Of a stretch of 64,000 nucleotides of DNA, positions 31,902 to 41,249 are shown piece by piece. Below the pieces are notes generated by a model. It saw only the letters and a program-made list of their open reading frames with translations. It had not been told where the DNA came from and made no database searches. Source of the DNA: Candidatus Zixiibacteriota bacterium (GTDB lineage: Bacteria; Zixibacteria; MSB-5A5; RBG-16-43-9); contig JAUYBY010000093.1 of assembly GCA_030692925.1 (NCBI GenBank), positions 11,258 to 75,257 on the forward strand, given 5' to 3'. Position numbers and translations under genes: made by a program. How positions within the stretch are numbered: the stretch's first letter is position 1; every line of letters starts with the position of its first letter.

Positions 31902-34900
31902 ATGAGTCAAAGGTACTTATTTTCTATTATGTTGATCTTTTGCTTCCTTACGCTTTATAACTTAGTAACTCCGCGCACAGCTTTCGGGCAAGAGCCAGTT
32001 GCTTCTCACATGTTTATTCCTAAGGATCTTTATAACCAAAACGGCTTCTACGCTCCTCGTATGAATAAGACCATAAGCAATCAACATAGGGACTTCTTTG
32101 GTAGCGGTCTGTTCAATACGCCGCACGGTGTGATAGCTTACAAGATACTGGGTGGAAATATTGACACCCATGAATATTTGATGGTCTCTGACCCACGATT
32201 CAACAGAGTAATAGCCAGCGACCAGCTTAATTCCTGGGTAGCAAGTTATGGTAGTTTTGGTGATGGGGCAGGCAACTTCGTCAGTCCTCACGGCATAGCC
32301 AACTGGGATGCGCATTACTATTATATAGCTGACACTTACAACAATCGGATTGTCCACATTGAGGCTACTTGCAACCCCAATCAGCCGGATGAGTGTAGCG
32401 TGATTTGGAGAGGTACTTACACTGCAGTAGCTGACCCCTATCCTCCGAGTTTAAGTATGCCCATGGATGTGGATGTGAGAGAGATGGAGAACGATCCTAC
32501 GAATTACTATACTCTGATGGCAGTGGCAGATACAAAAAATCACCGAATCGTTTTTTACCCGATAGGTCGTGGTAGCGGATATGGCATAGGTAAAACCCAA
32601 TCCGACTACGGAAGCGGTCAACTTTATTCCCCAACCTCTCTTTGCTTCGGAAGGAATACCAACGGGTGGCAGAATAGCAATCTGTTTGTGGTAGACAACG
32701 TAGATCGGAAGCTCAAAATCTATAGCGTCGGAGGCCCTGATGCAAGCGGCTTTATCAGCTTTTCTTTCTGGGGTGAGTATCCATTTCCCACAGGCTCTTA
32801 TCTCAGCAGTGTAGAAGTAGACAACAAGGGATTGATCTATGTTGTCGAAAGAAATTCAGGGAAAGTATTCAAGTTTAAGTGGTGCTCTAACTGCAATAGC
32901 AGGTTAACTCTCCTGGGAGTATATGGTGGACTGGGGGTCGAGGATGGGAAGCTCCAATATCCAAACGGAATTGCAGTCGCTCATGGGATAGATTATACGG
33001 GCTATCCTAACACTCCGCGGCATCCTATATACGATTTAGCCGATGTCTTTATCACTGAATCTTGGGGAGATCAGACCGGGGTGAGAAGATTCATCCTTGG
33101 GGTGGATGTTCTGAATCTCATCTCAATATATTATCCTTACAATTATTCGACTGGCGGTGGCAACTGTATCCAATATGAGTATAACACAACAGACTATGCA
33201 AATGTCACAGAGAAAATCTTCAACCCATCCGGCGCATCTGTTTCGACCAGGATTCTAAATTCTCTTGTTCCTGGTTCACATGGTTTTATCTGGACAGTGG
33301 GAAACAATCCCAATGGAAATTACAAAATTCAGATTACGGCAACGTCTATTTATGCTGGCTCGAATACTGATGTGAAAGAGGTTTTTGTTGCAGTTAACAA
33401 ATCAGATTCAATTGGTAATCCTATAATAACAGAAGGACCAGGCTTGCAAGGAATAAGCCCAGGTGCCTGCATTGTGAGTGGCAATACCTACAAAGCCTAT
33501 GTAAAAGCCTTCGACCCTCGCGATTTACCGCTCACATATTACTGGGATGCTGAGATAGGTATTTTTCGAAATGGTTCGCACCAGTACACCACTTCTACTG
33601 ATACCACAACCCTCACAGCTACTATGCCCTACGGCGGAGATCTTAATTCAGAGCTGAATAGACCCCACTATTTAAAAGTCACCATTCATAACTCTCAAGG
33701 TGGAGAAACGATTAAATCCACCGACTACCTGGTGGCGAATACCCCGGAAGAGTGCTGTGCTGCCTGCCCGTATGTCTATACCTGGTCTGGTTCAGAATTC
33801 AAGAAGGAGAATACCATCCTGGCAAAATCGGAAGATACACAATATTTCAAAAAGAAAGCGATGGATTTCTATCTTTTGAGCCAGCCTTTGGCTTTATCTG
33901 ACAGCGGTTACAAGCTTCAAATCAAGGAATTCGAAAACGAACATTCATTCATTGATTACCTGGCATTGGTTTCCATAGACTATCCTGCGAGTAGCAAATT
34001 GGGTATTGGTTCAACTGGCAAATTCTATCTTTATTCCAATCCTCGTTTGCCTATTTCCTGTGTAGATAATTTGGGGCAGGATTGCCTGTCAAAGATAATC
34101 GAGGAGGATACTCTTTATTTAGAGAGCAATAGTAGTAAAGGGCATCTCATTCTGAATTACGGCACATTCGGAACCCTGGAGGCTCTGGCAAAGTCTTTGG
34201 CTACTGCACCTGGCGGTGACCCGGTCCCGGACCCTCCTAAGGAACCTTGTATGTCGAGTAAACCTGTCCCGGTGCCGGTCATTTCTCAGGGTAACATACT
34301 CACGGTTGAGGTATTTTCGGATACTGGCTGGATTTTAGCGGGGAAGGTATATCCCCGTGCTTATCCGGGCAAGACCCTGGTCGAATTCACTCCTTATGTG
34401 AAACCTGGCAAGGAATTGAAAGTCAAGCTGAACTGGGAGAAAAGGTATAGGGCAAACCAGCTGGCATATTATGATTTCGACACCACCGGCTTTAACATAA
34501 ATAGAATCTCTCTTTCCTCAGCCTATCATTCAGTTGCGGGAGACGTGACTTCTAAGCTAAATCAAGAAGATAACGCTTTTGCAGAACTGCTACCCGGCGA
34601 AAAAATTGACCTGTATTTCCCCTATGTGTCATTGAGTCCGGAAAAAAGAAGAGATTTCGTCTTAATCTCTAAAGGTTACTACATCAACCAGGACACGGGA
34701 TTCACCAGCTCTGTCAGCTTAGTTGAGTTACCTTCAGATTTTTCTGTTTCTCAAAATTATCCTAACCCTTTCAATCCGTTGACCGAAATCAAATTCAGCT
34801 TGCCGGAAAATTCACCTGTCAAGCTGGTGATTTTCAATGTCCTGGGCCAAAAGGTGAAAACCTTGCTAGACCAGGATATGCCGGCAGGCAACCACTCTGT

Positions 34901-35012
34901 GATCTGGGATGGCAAAAATCAGGAAGGAAAGGATGTAGGAAGCGGCATTTACTTTTACAGAATTGAGGCAGGGCAATACAAAGTATCCCGGAAGATGTTG
35001 ATAATCAAGTGA
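31902..35012 (+). CDS. Large NHL-repeat surface protein with a T9SS type-A C-terminal sorting domain
   Basis: Signal ...RTAFG|QEP. NHL-like repeats (YNNRIVHIE, KNHRIVFYP, DRKLKIYS, SGKVFKFK), Ig-like middle modules, and the CTD. I prefer the ATG at 31902 (GAGGTG 7 nt upstream) over the track GTG at 31893. Confidence 0.75.
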   Translation: MSQRYLFSIMLIFCFLTLYNLVTPRTAFGQEPVASHMFIPKDLYNQNGFYAPRMNKTISNQHRDFFGSGLFNTPHGVIAYKILGGNIDTHEYLMVSDPRFNRVIASDQLNSWVASYGSFGDGAGNFVSPHGIANWDAHYYYIADTYNNRIVHIEATCNPNQPDECSVIWRGTYTAVADPYPPSLSMPMDVDVREMENDPTNYYTLMAVADTKNHRIVFYPIGRGSGYGIGKTQSDYGSGQLYSPTSLCFGRNTNGWQNSNLFVVDNVDRKLKIYSVGGPDASGFISFSFWGEYPFPTGSYLSSVEVDNKGLIYVVERNSGKVFKFKWCSNCNSRLTLLGVYGGLGVEDGKLQYPNGIAVAHGIDYTGYPNTPRHPIYDLADVFITESWGDQTGVRRFILGVDVLNLISIYYPYNYSTGGGNCIQYEYNTTDYANVTEKIFNPSGASVSTRILNSLVPGSHGFIWTVGNNPNGNYKIQITATSIYAGSNTDVKEVFVAVNKSDSIGNPIITEGPGLQGISPGACIVSGNTYKAYVKAFDPRDLPLTYYWDAEIGIFRNGSHQYTTSTDTTTLTATMPYGGDLNSELNRPHYLKVTIHNSQGGETIKSTDYLVANTPEECCAACPYVYTWSGSEFKKENTILAKSEDTQYFKKKAMDFYLLSQPLALSDSGYKLQIKEFENEHSFIDYLALVSIDYPASSKLGIGSTGKFYLYSNPRLPISCVDNLGQDCLSKIIEEDTLYLESNSSKGHLILNYGTFGTLEALAKSLATAPGGDPVPDPPKEPCMSSKPVPVPVISQGNILTVEVFSDTGWILAGKVYPRAYPGKTLVEFTPYVKPGKELKVKLNWEKRYRANQLAYYDFDTTGFNINRISLSSAYHSVAGDVTSKLNQEDNAFAELLPGEKIDLYFPYVSLSPEKRRDFVLISKGYYINQDTGFTSSVSLVELPSDFSVSQNYPNPFNPLTEIKFSLPENSPVKLVIFNVLGQKVKTLLDQDMPAGNHSVIWDGKNQEGKDVGSGIYFYRIEAGQYKVSRKMLIIK
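34740..35009 (+). other. T9SS type-A C-terminal sorting domain (Por secretion tail / FlgD-Ig-like)
   Basis: FSVSQNYPNPFNPLTEIKFSLP...VIFNVLGQKVKTL...GNHSVIWDGKNQEGKDVGSGIYFYRIEAG. Confidence 0.85.
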
Positions 35013-35108
35013 GTTTCTACATAAAGTAATTGGATACTTTCGATCAATGGGTCACCCAGTTCATTGGGCATCTTTTGCTCGATAAATCGAGCACCTACTC
35101 CGCCTCTG

Positions 35109-35136
35109 GCCACTGATCACTCGCCACTGACCACTG
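35109..35136. repeat. Heptanucleotide tandem repeat (plus strand GCCACTG ATCACTC GCCACTG ACCACTG; gene-sense CAGTGGT type)
   Basis: Read directly from the sequence. It ends 2 nt from the stop codon of the TolC-family gene. Confidence 0.8.
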
Positions 35137-35138
35137 TT

Positions 35139-36452
35139 TTATTCTTCCCCCACTGCCTTATTATACTGTGCCTGAGCCCTCAGATAATCAGCCAAGGCTT
35201 GAAGGTAATTGATCTGGGCAAAAGTCAGGGCTAATTCAGCATCCATCTCCTCCAAGCTGGTTATTATCCCCTGGGCATACTGGACCTTGGCAATGCGCAG
35301 GCTTTCCTTTGCCTGATTGACATTTTCTTGCTGGGAAAGGATCGTCTCTTTGGCTAAATCCAGGCTGGTTACTGCCTCTTTTACCTCCAATTTTATACCT
35401 TCTTTTAAATCCTGTTCTCCCAGGTCTAATTGTTTCAAATCTGACCTGGCTTGATTAACCTTAGAGCGTGTGGCAAAACCATCAAATAAAGGGAAACTCA
35501 AAGCAACGGTAAAATTCCAGTCAGTATCCCATCTTTTCTCACTGTAAAAGGGGTTTTTATAATCGTAATTAGCTATCCCCATTAAGGAAGGTTTGTTCCC
35601 GGCTTTGGCAATGGCTAAGCCCTTTTGTGCTATCCTTTTCTGAAAGTCTAAGGATTTCAATTCCGGCCTTTGTAAAAGAGCTTGCTGGGTTGCATCTTCC
35701 AGTTCTACCTCAATCGGCTTGAAAAAAAGCTCACCTTCTAACTCGATCTGAGCCTCCTGAGGAAGACCTAAGATATTTTTAAAAGAGCTCAAAGCTAAAT
35801 CGTAGGTCTGTCTTGCCTGAAGCAGAGGAGGTTTAGCATTAGCTAACTGGACTTTTGTCCTTAAAAGGTCGAACTCTGATGCCTGTCCGGCTTTGTATCT
35901 TAACTCCACAGTTTTCAGATGTTCCTCAATGTTTTTTAAAGCCTCCTCCCTTACCCGGATAAGCTCCCAGGCTAAAAGAATCGAATAAAAAGAATTGGTT
36001 ACATCGAAAGTTATTCTCTGCTTATTTTTATTATAATTTTCCTCCTCCAATTTAAGATTTAGCTGGGAGATGGAATAACTATTCTGGAGCCTTCCCCAGG
36101 TAAAGATAGATTGCTGTAAGGAAAGCTTGAAATCGAAATTATCATGAAAACCTACTGTGACTTTTCTTTCAAAAACGCCTGGTATGGAGACAACGAAACT
36201 GGGAGTCACCCCCAAATAGGTATAGGTGCCTTGAAAGGAAAGATTCGGGTAGAAAACTGCTTTGGACTCTGAGATTTTAAACTTTGAAGAGCTGATCTTT
36301 TCCTTCTGGCTCAAAAGGGTTCTGTTGTTCTGGTAAGCGGTTTCAAGGCTTTTCTCCAGCGTGAGGACGGTCTTCTCCTGGGAAAAGGAGTTAGGGTTGA
36401 TCAAGAAGAAAAAGGAGAAGAGAAAAAATAATTTTAAATAGAACTTCAACAT
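35139..36452 (-). CDS. TolC-family outer-membrane efflux protein
   Basis: Signal ...NSFS|QEK and duplicated OEP repeats (L.LA..NY..G..S..E). Confidence 0.88.
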   Translation of the reverse strand: MLKFYLKLFFLFSFFFLINPNSFSQEKTVLTLEKSLETAYQNNRTLLSQKEKISSSKFKISESKAVFYPNLSFQGTYTYLGVTPSFVVSIPGVFERKVTVGFHDNFDFKLSLQQSIFTWGRLQNSYSISQLNLKLEEENYNKNKQRITFDVTNSFYSILLAWELIRVREEALKNIEEHLKTVELRYKAGQASEFDLLRTKVQLANAKPPLLQARQTYDLALSSFKNILGLPQEAQIELEGELFFKPIEVELEDATQQALLQRPELKSLDFQKRIAQKGLAIAKAGNKPSLMGIANYDYKNPFYSEKRWDTDWNFTVALSFPLFDGFATRSKVNQARSDLKQLDLGEQDLKEGIKLEVKEAVTSLDLAKETILSQQENVNQAKESLRIAKVQYAQGIITSLEEMDAELALTFAQINYLQALADYLRAQAQYNKAVGEE

Positions 36453-36467
36453 ACTCCCTCCGAAATT

Positions 36468-39400
36468 TTATCCGCCGATTTTTATATGCCGTTTCAAAAA
36501 CTCTCCAAAATTATCCACCACCACATAGGTTACCGGCACCACCAGCAAAGTCAAAAGGGTTGAGGTAATCAAACCACCGATGACCACAATTCCCATTGCC
36601 TGTCTCCATTCTGCTCCCTCTCCGATTCCTAAAGCGGCTGGCAGCATCCCCATGATCATAGCCACAGAGGTCATTAGGATTGGACGCAGACGAACAGGGC
36701 CAGCTTGCAATAACGCTTCTTCTCTTTTCACTCCTCTTTTTCTCAAGGTGATAGTATAATCTATAAGCAAAATAGAGTTTTTGGTAACAAGCCCCATTAA
36801 AAGGATTAATCCCACCATAGCCATCATATTAATCCTCTGCCCGGTTAAAAAGATGGCTAAAAGTGCTCCCACCACTGCCAGGGGCAAAGCTAACATAATG
36901 GTGAAAGGATGCAGAAAGGAGTTAAACTGAGAGCCTAAAACTATATAGATGAAGATAACCCCTATGACTAAAGCTAAAATCATATTCTTAAACATATCAC
37001 CCATCATTTCTACATCACCCCGGAATTCGATTTTATATCCCGGAGGAAGAGGAAAATCGGCTAACTTCTTATTTAAATCATCCGCCACATCCCCTAAAGG
37101 GCGATCCACCACATTGGCAGTGATTATTGCTACCCTTTCTCTATTCTGTCTGGAGATCTGGGTAGGACCGCTTCCCTCATAAAGATCAGTGATACTCCTT
37201 AGGGGAACAGTTACTCCCGAGGGAGTCAAAATATCTATTGAGGAGATATCTTGAAAATTATTCTTCTGCTCCGGGGATAAAATCACCCTTATATCTATCT
37301 CCTTCTCGCCCTGCCTTAACTTGGTAGCCACATTTCCATCCACCAAAGAGCGCAAGGTTGAGGCAATCTGGGCAGTAGAAATGCCTAAACGGCTAGCTTT
37401 TTCCCGATCCACCACCACCCTCATTTCTGGCTTCCCTCCTCTAATCGAACGGTCGGCATCTGCTGTCCCCGGAATTTCTTCCACCATAGCTAATATTTTT
37501 TCTGAAACCTCCTCTAAAACCGAGATCTCCGGACCTTTGACATAGAGCTGAAGAGGAAAATCCTCTTCACCCTCCATCATCCCGATCATTGAGACTCTGG
37601 CTTTTAAACCCGGTACTTCCGCCAGCCTTTTTCTTACCTCCTTTTCAACCTCATCTGTTTTTTTCCTTCTCTCTTTCAAAGGGACCAGTTCAACCCGGAT
37701 ATTACCTTTGTTAGAAGCCCCCGCCTCCAGTCCAATAGTGGTGAAGATAGATTGAACCTCAGGGTAGGCGAAAAGGATTTTCTCAACCTCAGTTGCCACT
37801 TTTTCTGTAGCCTGGATTGAGGTGCCAACCGGGGTTTCCAGGATCACCCTGAACTCTCCTCGATCTCCCTGAGTCATAAACTCCTTGCCGATGAAAAAAG
37901 TTAAGCTCAGGCTCAAGAGGAAAATTATTATGGAAGCTGAGATTATTAAAAACTTGTGGGTCAATGACCAGGCTAAAACCCCTCCGTAGGTCTGATTGAG
38001 TTTAGAATAGCCCCGGTTAAAAGGGGCAAATAATCTCTTCAACAGGCTTTCCTTATCTTTTCTCTCTTTTACTAAAACCTTAGCGGAAAGCATTGGAGCC
38101 ATTGTAAAAGAATCCCATAAGGAATAAAGTATTGCAAAGACAACTGTGAAGGCAAAAGCTCTGAAAAACTTTCCCACAATGTCACTCATATAGGCAACTG
38201 GCACAAAGACTGCGATGATGGTGAACGTGCAAGCCATAACTGCCAGACCGACCTCAGAGGTGCCGAACCTTGAAGCCTCCTCTGGCTCCATACCTTCCTC
38301 CACATGTCTGAAGATATTCTCCCGCACCACAATGGCATCATCTATCAGTATACCAACGCACAAGGATAAGCCCATTAAGGTCATCATATTTATGGTATAG
38401 CCGAAAAGGTTCATCATTATAAAGGTGGCTAAAATCGAGGTGGGGATGGCTAAAGCCGCAATTATAGTGCTTCTGAAATTACCTAAGAAAATAAATATGA
38501 CTAAGGTGGCAAAGATAGCCCCTAAATATAAAGTTCGCATGGTCTCATCTACTGACCTGCGGATAAATTTGGACTGATCCGATGCTATCTCAATTGAGGT
38601 GCCGGAAGGAAGCTCCTTTTTCAATCCCTCTATGGTTTTCTTAACCCTGTCACAAACTTTTACTGTATTTCCACCTGATTGTTTATATACTATGAAGGAG
38701 ACCGAGGGCCTGCCATTAAGCTGGGCAATTTCTCTTAGCTCTTTAAAGGTATCTTTTATTTTAGCCACATCTTTTAAGTAGACCGGAGTCCCCTGATAAT
38801 TCGCTACAGGTATTTTTCCAATATCTGAAACTTCCTGAAACTCTCCAGTAGACCTTAACACGAACTCCTGAGGTTCTATCTCCACCCTGCCTCCCGGCAC
38901 ATTCAGGTTTTCACGAGCTAAGGCACCGATCAACTGTTCAACTGATAAGTTATAGGCTTGAAGCTTTTTTCTGTCTACCTCCACTTTGATCTCTCTTTCC
39001 AGTCCTCCTACTAAGTCAACTTGGGCCACCTGTTCTGTCTGCTGGATCCGATTTTTGACTTTGTCCTCTGCTAAGGTTCTCAGTTCGTCTAAAGGGAGAT
39101 TACTTGCCAGGGAGAAGATCATCACCGGCGTAGCAGAGACATCAAAACGGGCTATGATCGGCTCATCAACATCTTCAGGTAGTTCTGAGCGGATCTGGGC
39201 AAGCTTTGCCCTTACATCTGAATCTGCATCCCGAACCTTTACCTCAAGTACGAATTCCAGAAAGATCTGGGAAAAACCTTCGGCTGAGGTCGAGTAGATA
39301 TTCTTTAGCCCGTTGATAGCGCTCATAGCTTCTTCGATCGGCTTGGTTACCTGGTTTTCTATCTCTTGAGCCCCGGCTCCTGGATAAATTGTGGTGACCG

Positions 39401-39536
39401 AGATATAGGGGAATTCGACATTTGGCATCAAGTCGATTCCTATTCGGGTATAGGAAACCACCCCTAAGACTAAAACCGCTAAGACCTGCATCACTATGAA
39501 AACAGGCCGGCGAATGGATAAATTAGGCAGAAACAT
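36468..39536 (-). CDS. RND family efflux transporter permease (AcrB/HAE1-like)
   Basis: 1022 aa with a 12-TM architecture, two large periplasmic loops, and the N-terminal RRPV(F)I motif. Confidence 0.95.
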   Translation of the reverse strand: MFLPNLSIRRPVFIVMQVLAVLVLGVVSYTRIGIDLMPNVEFPYISVTTIYPGAGAQEIENQVTKPIEEAMSAINGLKNIYSTSAEGFSQIFLEFVLEVKVRDADSDVRAKLAQIRSELPEDVDEPIIARFDVSATPVMIFSLASNLPLDELRTLAEDKVKNRIQQTEQVAQVDLVGGLEREIKVEVDRKKLQAYNLSVEQLIGALARENLNVPGGRVEIEPQEFVLRSTGEFQEVSDIGKIPVANYQGTPVYLKDVAKIKDTFKELREIAQLNGRPSVSFIVYKQSGGNTVKVCDRVKKTIEGLKKELPSGTSIEIASDQSKFIRRSVDETMRTLYLGAIFATLVIFIFLGNFRSTIIAALAIPTSILATFIMMNLFGYTINMMTLMGLSLCVGILIDDAIVVRENIFRHVEEGMEPEEASRFGTSEVGLAVMACTFTIIAVFVPVAYMSDIVGKFFRAFAFTVVFAILYSLWDSFTMAPMLSAKVLVKERKDKESLLKRLFAPFNRGYSKLNQTYGGVLAWSLTHKFLIISASIIIFLLSLSLTFFIGKEFMTQGDRGEFRVILETPVGTSIQATEKVATEVEKILFAYPEVQSIFTTIGLEAGASNKGNIRVELVPLKERRKKTDEVEKEVRKRLAEVPGLKARVSMIGMMEGEEDFPLQLYVKGPEISVLEEVSEKILAMVEEIPGTADADRSIRGGKPEMRVVVDREKASRLGISTAQIASTLRSLVDGNVATKLRQGEKEIDIRVILSPEQKNNFQDISSIDILTPSGVTVPLRSITDLYEGSGPTQISRQNRERVAIITANVVDRPLGDVADDLNKKLADFPLPPGYKIEFRGDVEMMGDMFKNMILALVIGVIFIYIVLGSQFNSFLHPFTIMLALPLAVVGALLAIFLTGQRINMMAMVGLILLMGLVTKNSILLIDYTITLRKRGVKREEALLQAGPVRLRPILMTSVAMIMGMLPAALGIGEGAEWRQAMGIVVIGGLITSTLLTLLVVPVTYVVVDNFGEFLKRHIKIGG

Positions 39537-40459
39537 TATCTTTCTTCTCCTTTAACTATCCTTACTTTATCTCCAGCTTGCAGTTGACTTTGACCTGAAG
39601 TCACTAAACTATCTAAAGGGGCAAGTCCGCTCTTTATATAAGTCAAACCTTTGTCACTGAATCCGGTTTCAACCCATCTTTTCTCAGCCATCCCTTCTCT
39701 TATCACAAAGACCTTCTTCTTTCCAGCTTCAACCAAGATAGTATGCCTGGGGATAAGAACCAGGTTCTCGGTTTTACCTGTGACCAGGTCAACCTCGGCG
39801 AACATTCCGGGTTTTAAAAGATGATTCGGGTTGGGTATGGTTATTTCTACACTGGCGGTCCGGGCTAAGCTGTTCAAGGTAGGGCTGATCAGGGTAATTA
39901 CCCCATAAAACTCCCTGTCGGGGTATGCATCAACTCGGATCTTCGCCTTCTGGTCTAATCTGACCTTGGGCAAATCCTCTTCTGTAACCTGGATTACTAT
40001 CTTAACTGAATCCAAGTTCAATATTTGAGCCAGGGGAGTGCCTCCCCCACCTCCAGAAGGTTCGCTTACCTGTGCCCCTTTATCCAGATATACTTTTCCT
40101 ACAACCCCCTCGACCGGAGAGATCGTTTCAGCCAGCTTAAAATCCAGTCCGGTGATATCCCGGTCGATTAATGCCACCACCTGATCTTTTTTTACCCGGT
40201 CTCCCTCTTTGACTTTCATCTCCACTAACTTGCCTGAGGCTTTGGGGTAAATCTGTATTTCCTCGACTCCCTTGACTTCTCCAGTGTAATTAAGGATAGG
40301 AGTATAAGGGGTTGCCTTCACCATTTCCACTTCAACCGGCACGATCCTTTCCTGAACCTCTGTTGTCTGAGCATTCCTCTGTTTCAGGAAAACCATTATC
40401 CTGAATAAAACAAAAAACAGGATCAAAAGGACAATCAGAATTCCGATTAATTTTTTCAT
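39536..40459 (-). CDS. RND efflux periplasmic adaptor (membrane fusion protein)
   Basis: N-terminal TM, lipoyl/barrel-sandwich hybrid pattern, and a start overlapping the RND gene stop. Confidence 0.9.
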   Translation of the reverse strand: MKKLIGILIVLLILFFVLFRIMVFLKQRNAQTTEVQERIVPVEVEMVKATPYTPILNYTGEVKGVEEIQIYPKASGKLVEMKVKEGDRVKKDQVVALIDRDITGLDFKLAETISPVEGVVGKVYLDKGAQVSEPSGGGGGTPLAQILNLDSVKIVIQVTEEDLPKVRLDQKAKIRVDAYPDREFYGVITLISPTLNSLARTASVEITIPNPNHLLKPGMFAEVDLVTGKTENLVLIPRHTILVEAGKKKVFVIREGMAEKRWVETGFSDKGLTYIKSGLAPLDSLVTSGQSQLQAGDKVRIVKGEER

Positions 40460-40477
40460 CTTCTCTCCTTAATTTTC

Positions 40478-41011
40478 TTAAGCTTTTTGTCTTTTCACCA
40501 GTCTGGCTAATTCATCTAAATGCTTCATTTCCACCTTCAGATGGTAAATCCCTTTTTCCAGTATGAATTTCCAGTTGTAGGGCATTTTACAGCATCCTTC
40601 TTGGTAGATTTTTTCGATTCTTTCTATTACTTTACGGAGTTGCCCTTTCTTTTTGGAAAGCGCATCTAAAATCTTTTCTTTAGATAGCCCTTGCAGAAAA
40701 GCGACTCCTACTATGAAGCTATCCTCTGGCATCTTTTGCTCATTCAGCGCCATTTCTACTAACTCCCCCAGCCTTTTTTTACCCCTGGCGGTAATATGAT
40801 AGACCTTTCTTTCTGGCATCTTCCCCGGCCTTTCACCTTTGCCTTCGATCAATTTGTCTTTCTGAAGTATGTTAAGAGTATTGTAGATCGAGGCTAAATT
40901 TACCTGCGCCCAGTGCTCCATCTCCCTTCTTTCGATCTCCTGGTAGAGCTGATAACCATACATTGGCTTTTCGCCCAATAACCCCAAAACTACCAGTTCA
41001 TTTTTAGTCAT
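40478..41011 (-). CDS. PadR family transcriptional regulator
   Basis: Winged-helix N-terminus VLGLLGEKPMYGYQLYQEIERR...SIYNTLNILQKDKLIEG. Confidence 0.85.
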   Translation of the reverse strand: MTKNELVVLGLLGEKPMYGYQLYQEIERREMEHWAQVNLASIYNTLNILQKDKLIEGKGERPGKMPERKVYHITARGKKRLGELVEMALNEQKMPEDSFIVGVAFLQGLSKEKILDALSKKKGQLRKVIERIEKIYQEGCCKMPYNWKFILEKGIYHLKVEMKHLDELARLVKRQKA

Positions 41012-41025
41012 CCCTACTCCAGTTG

Positions 41026-41048
41026 TAATTATTCTAAGTTAGAATAAT
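41026..41048. promoter_or_regulatory. Candidate PadR operator: 11 bp perfect inverted repeat AATTATTCTAA-G-TTAGAATAATT
   Basis: Palindrome read directly from the sequence, 15-37 nt upstream of the padR start codon at the head of the padR-MFP-RND-TolC operon. Confidence 0.5.
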
Positions 41049-41180
41049 TTAATATGTAATACGGAGGGAAATCAAGGTTTGTTTCAATTTTTTTTGGAAA
41101 AATTTGCTAAAATTTCTTAATAAACAGATAAGCATCGAGCAGTTTTAATACTCTATTGAGGTTGAGGGGAAAATATTGAT

Positions 41181-41233
41181 GGAGTATAAAGTTTTAGCTT
41201 TATCCTATTTGTAAACCTGAAGGGTTACATTCC
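41181..41233. repeat. Two-hairpin palindromic element, copy 4 (degenerate)
   Basis: GGAGT ATAAAGT TTTA GCTTTAT CCTATTT GTAAACC TGAA GGGTTAC ATTCC. Confidence 0.75.
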
Positions 41234-41249
41234 AATGCCTTAGCCTCTT

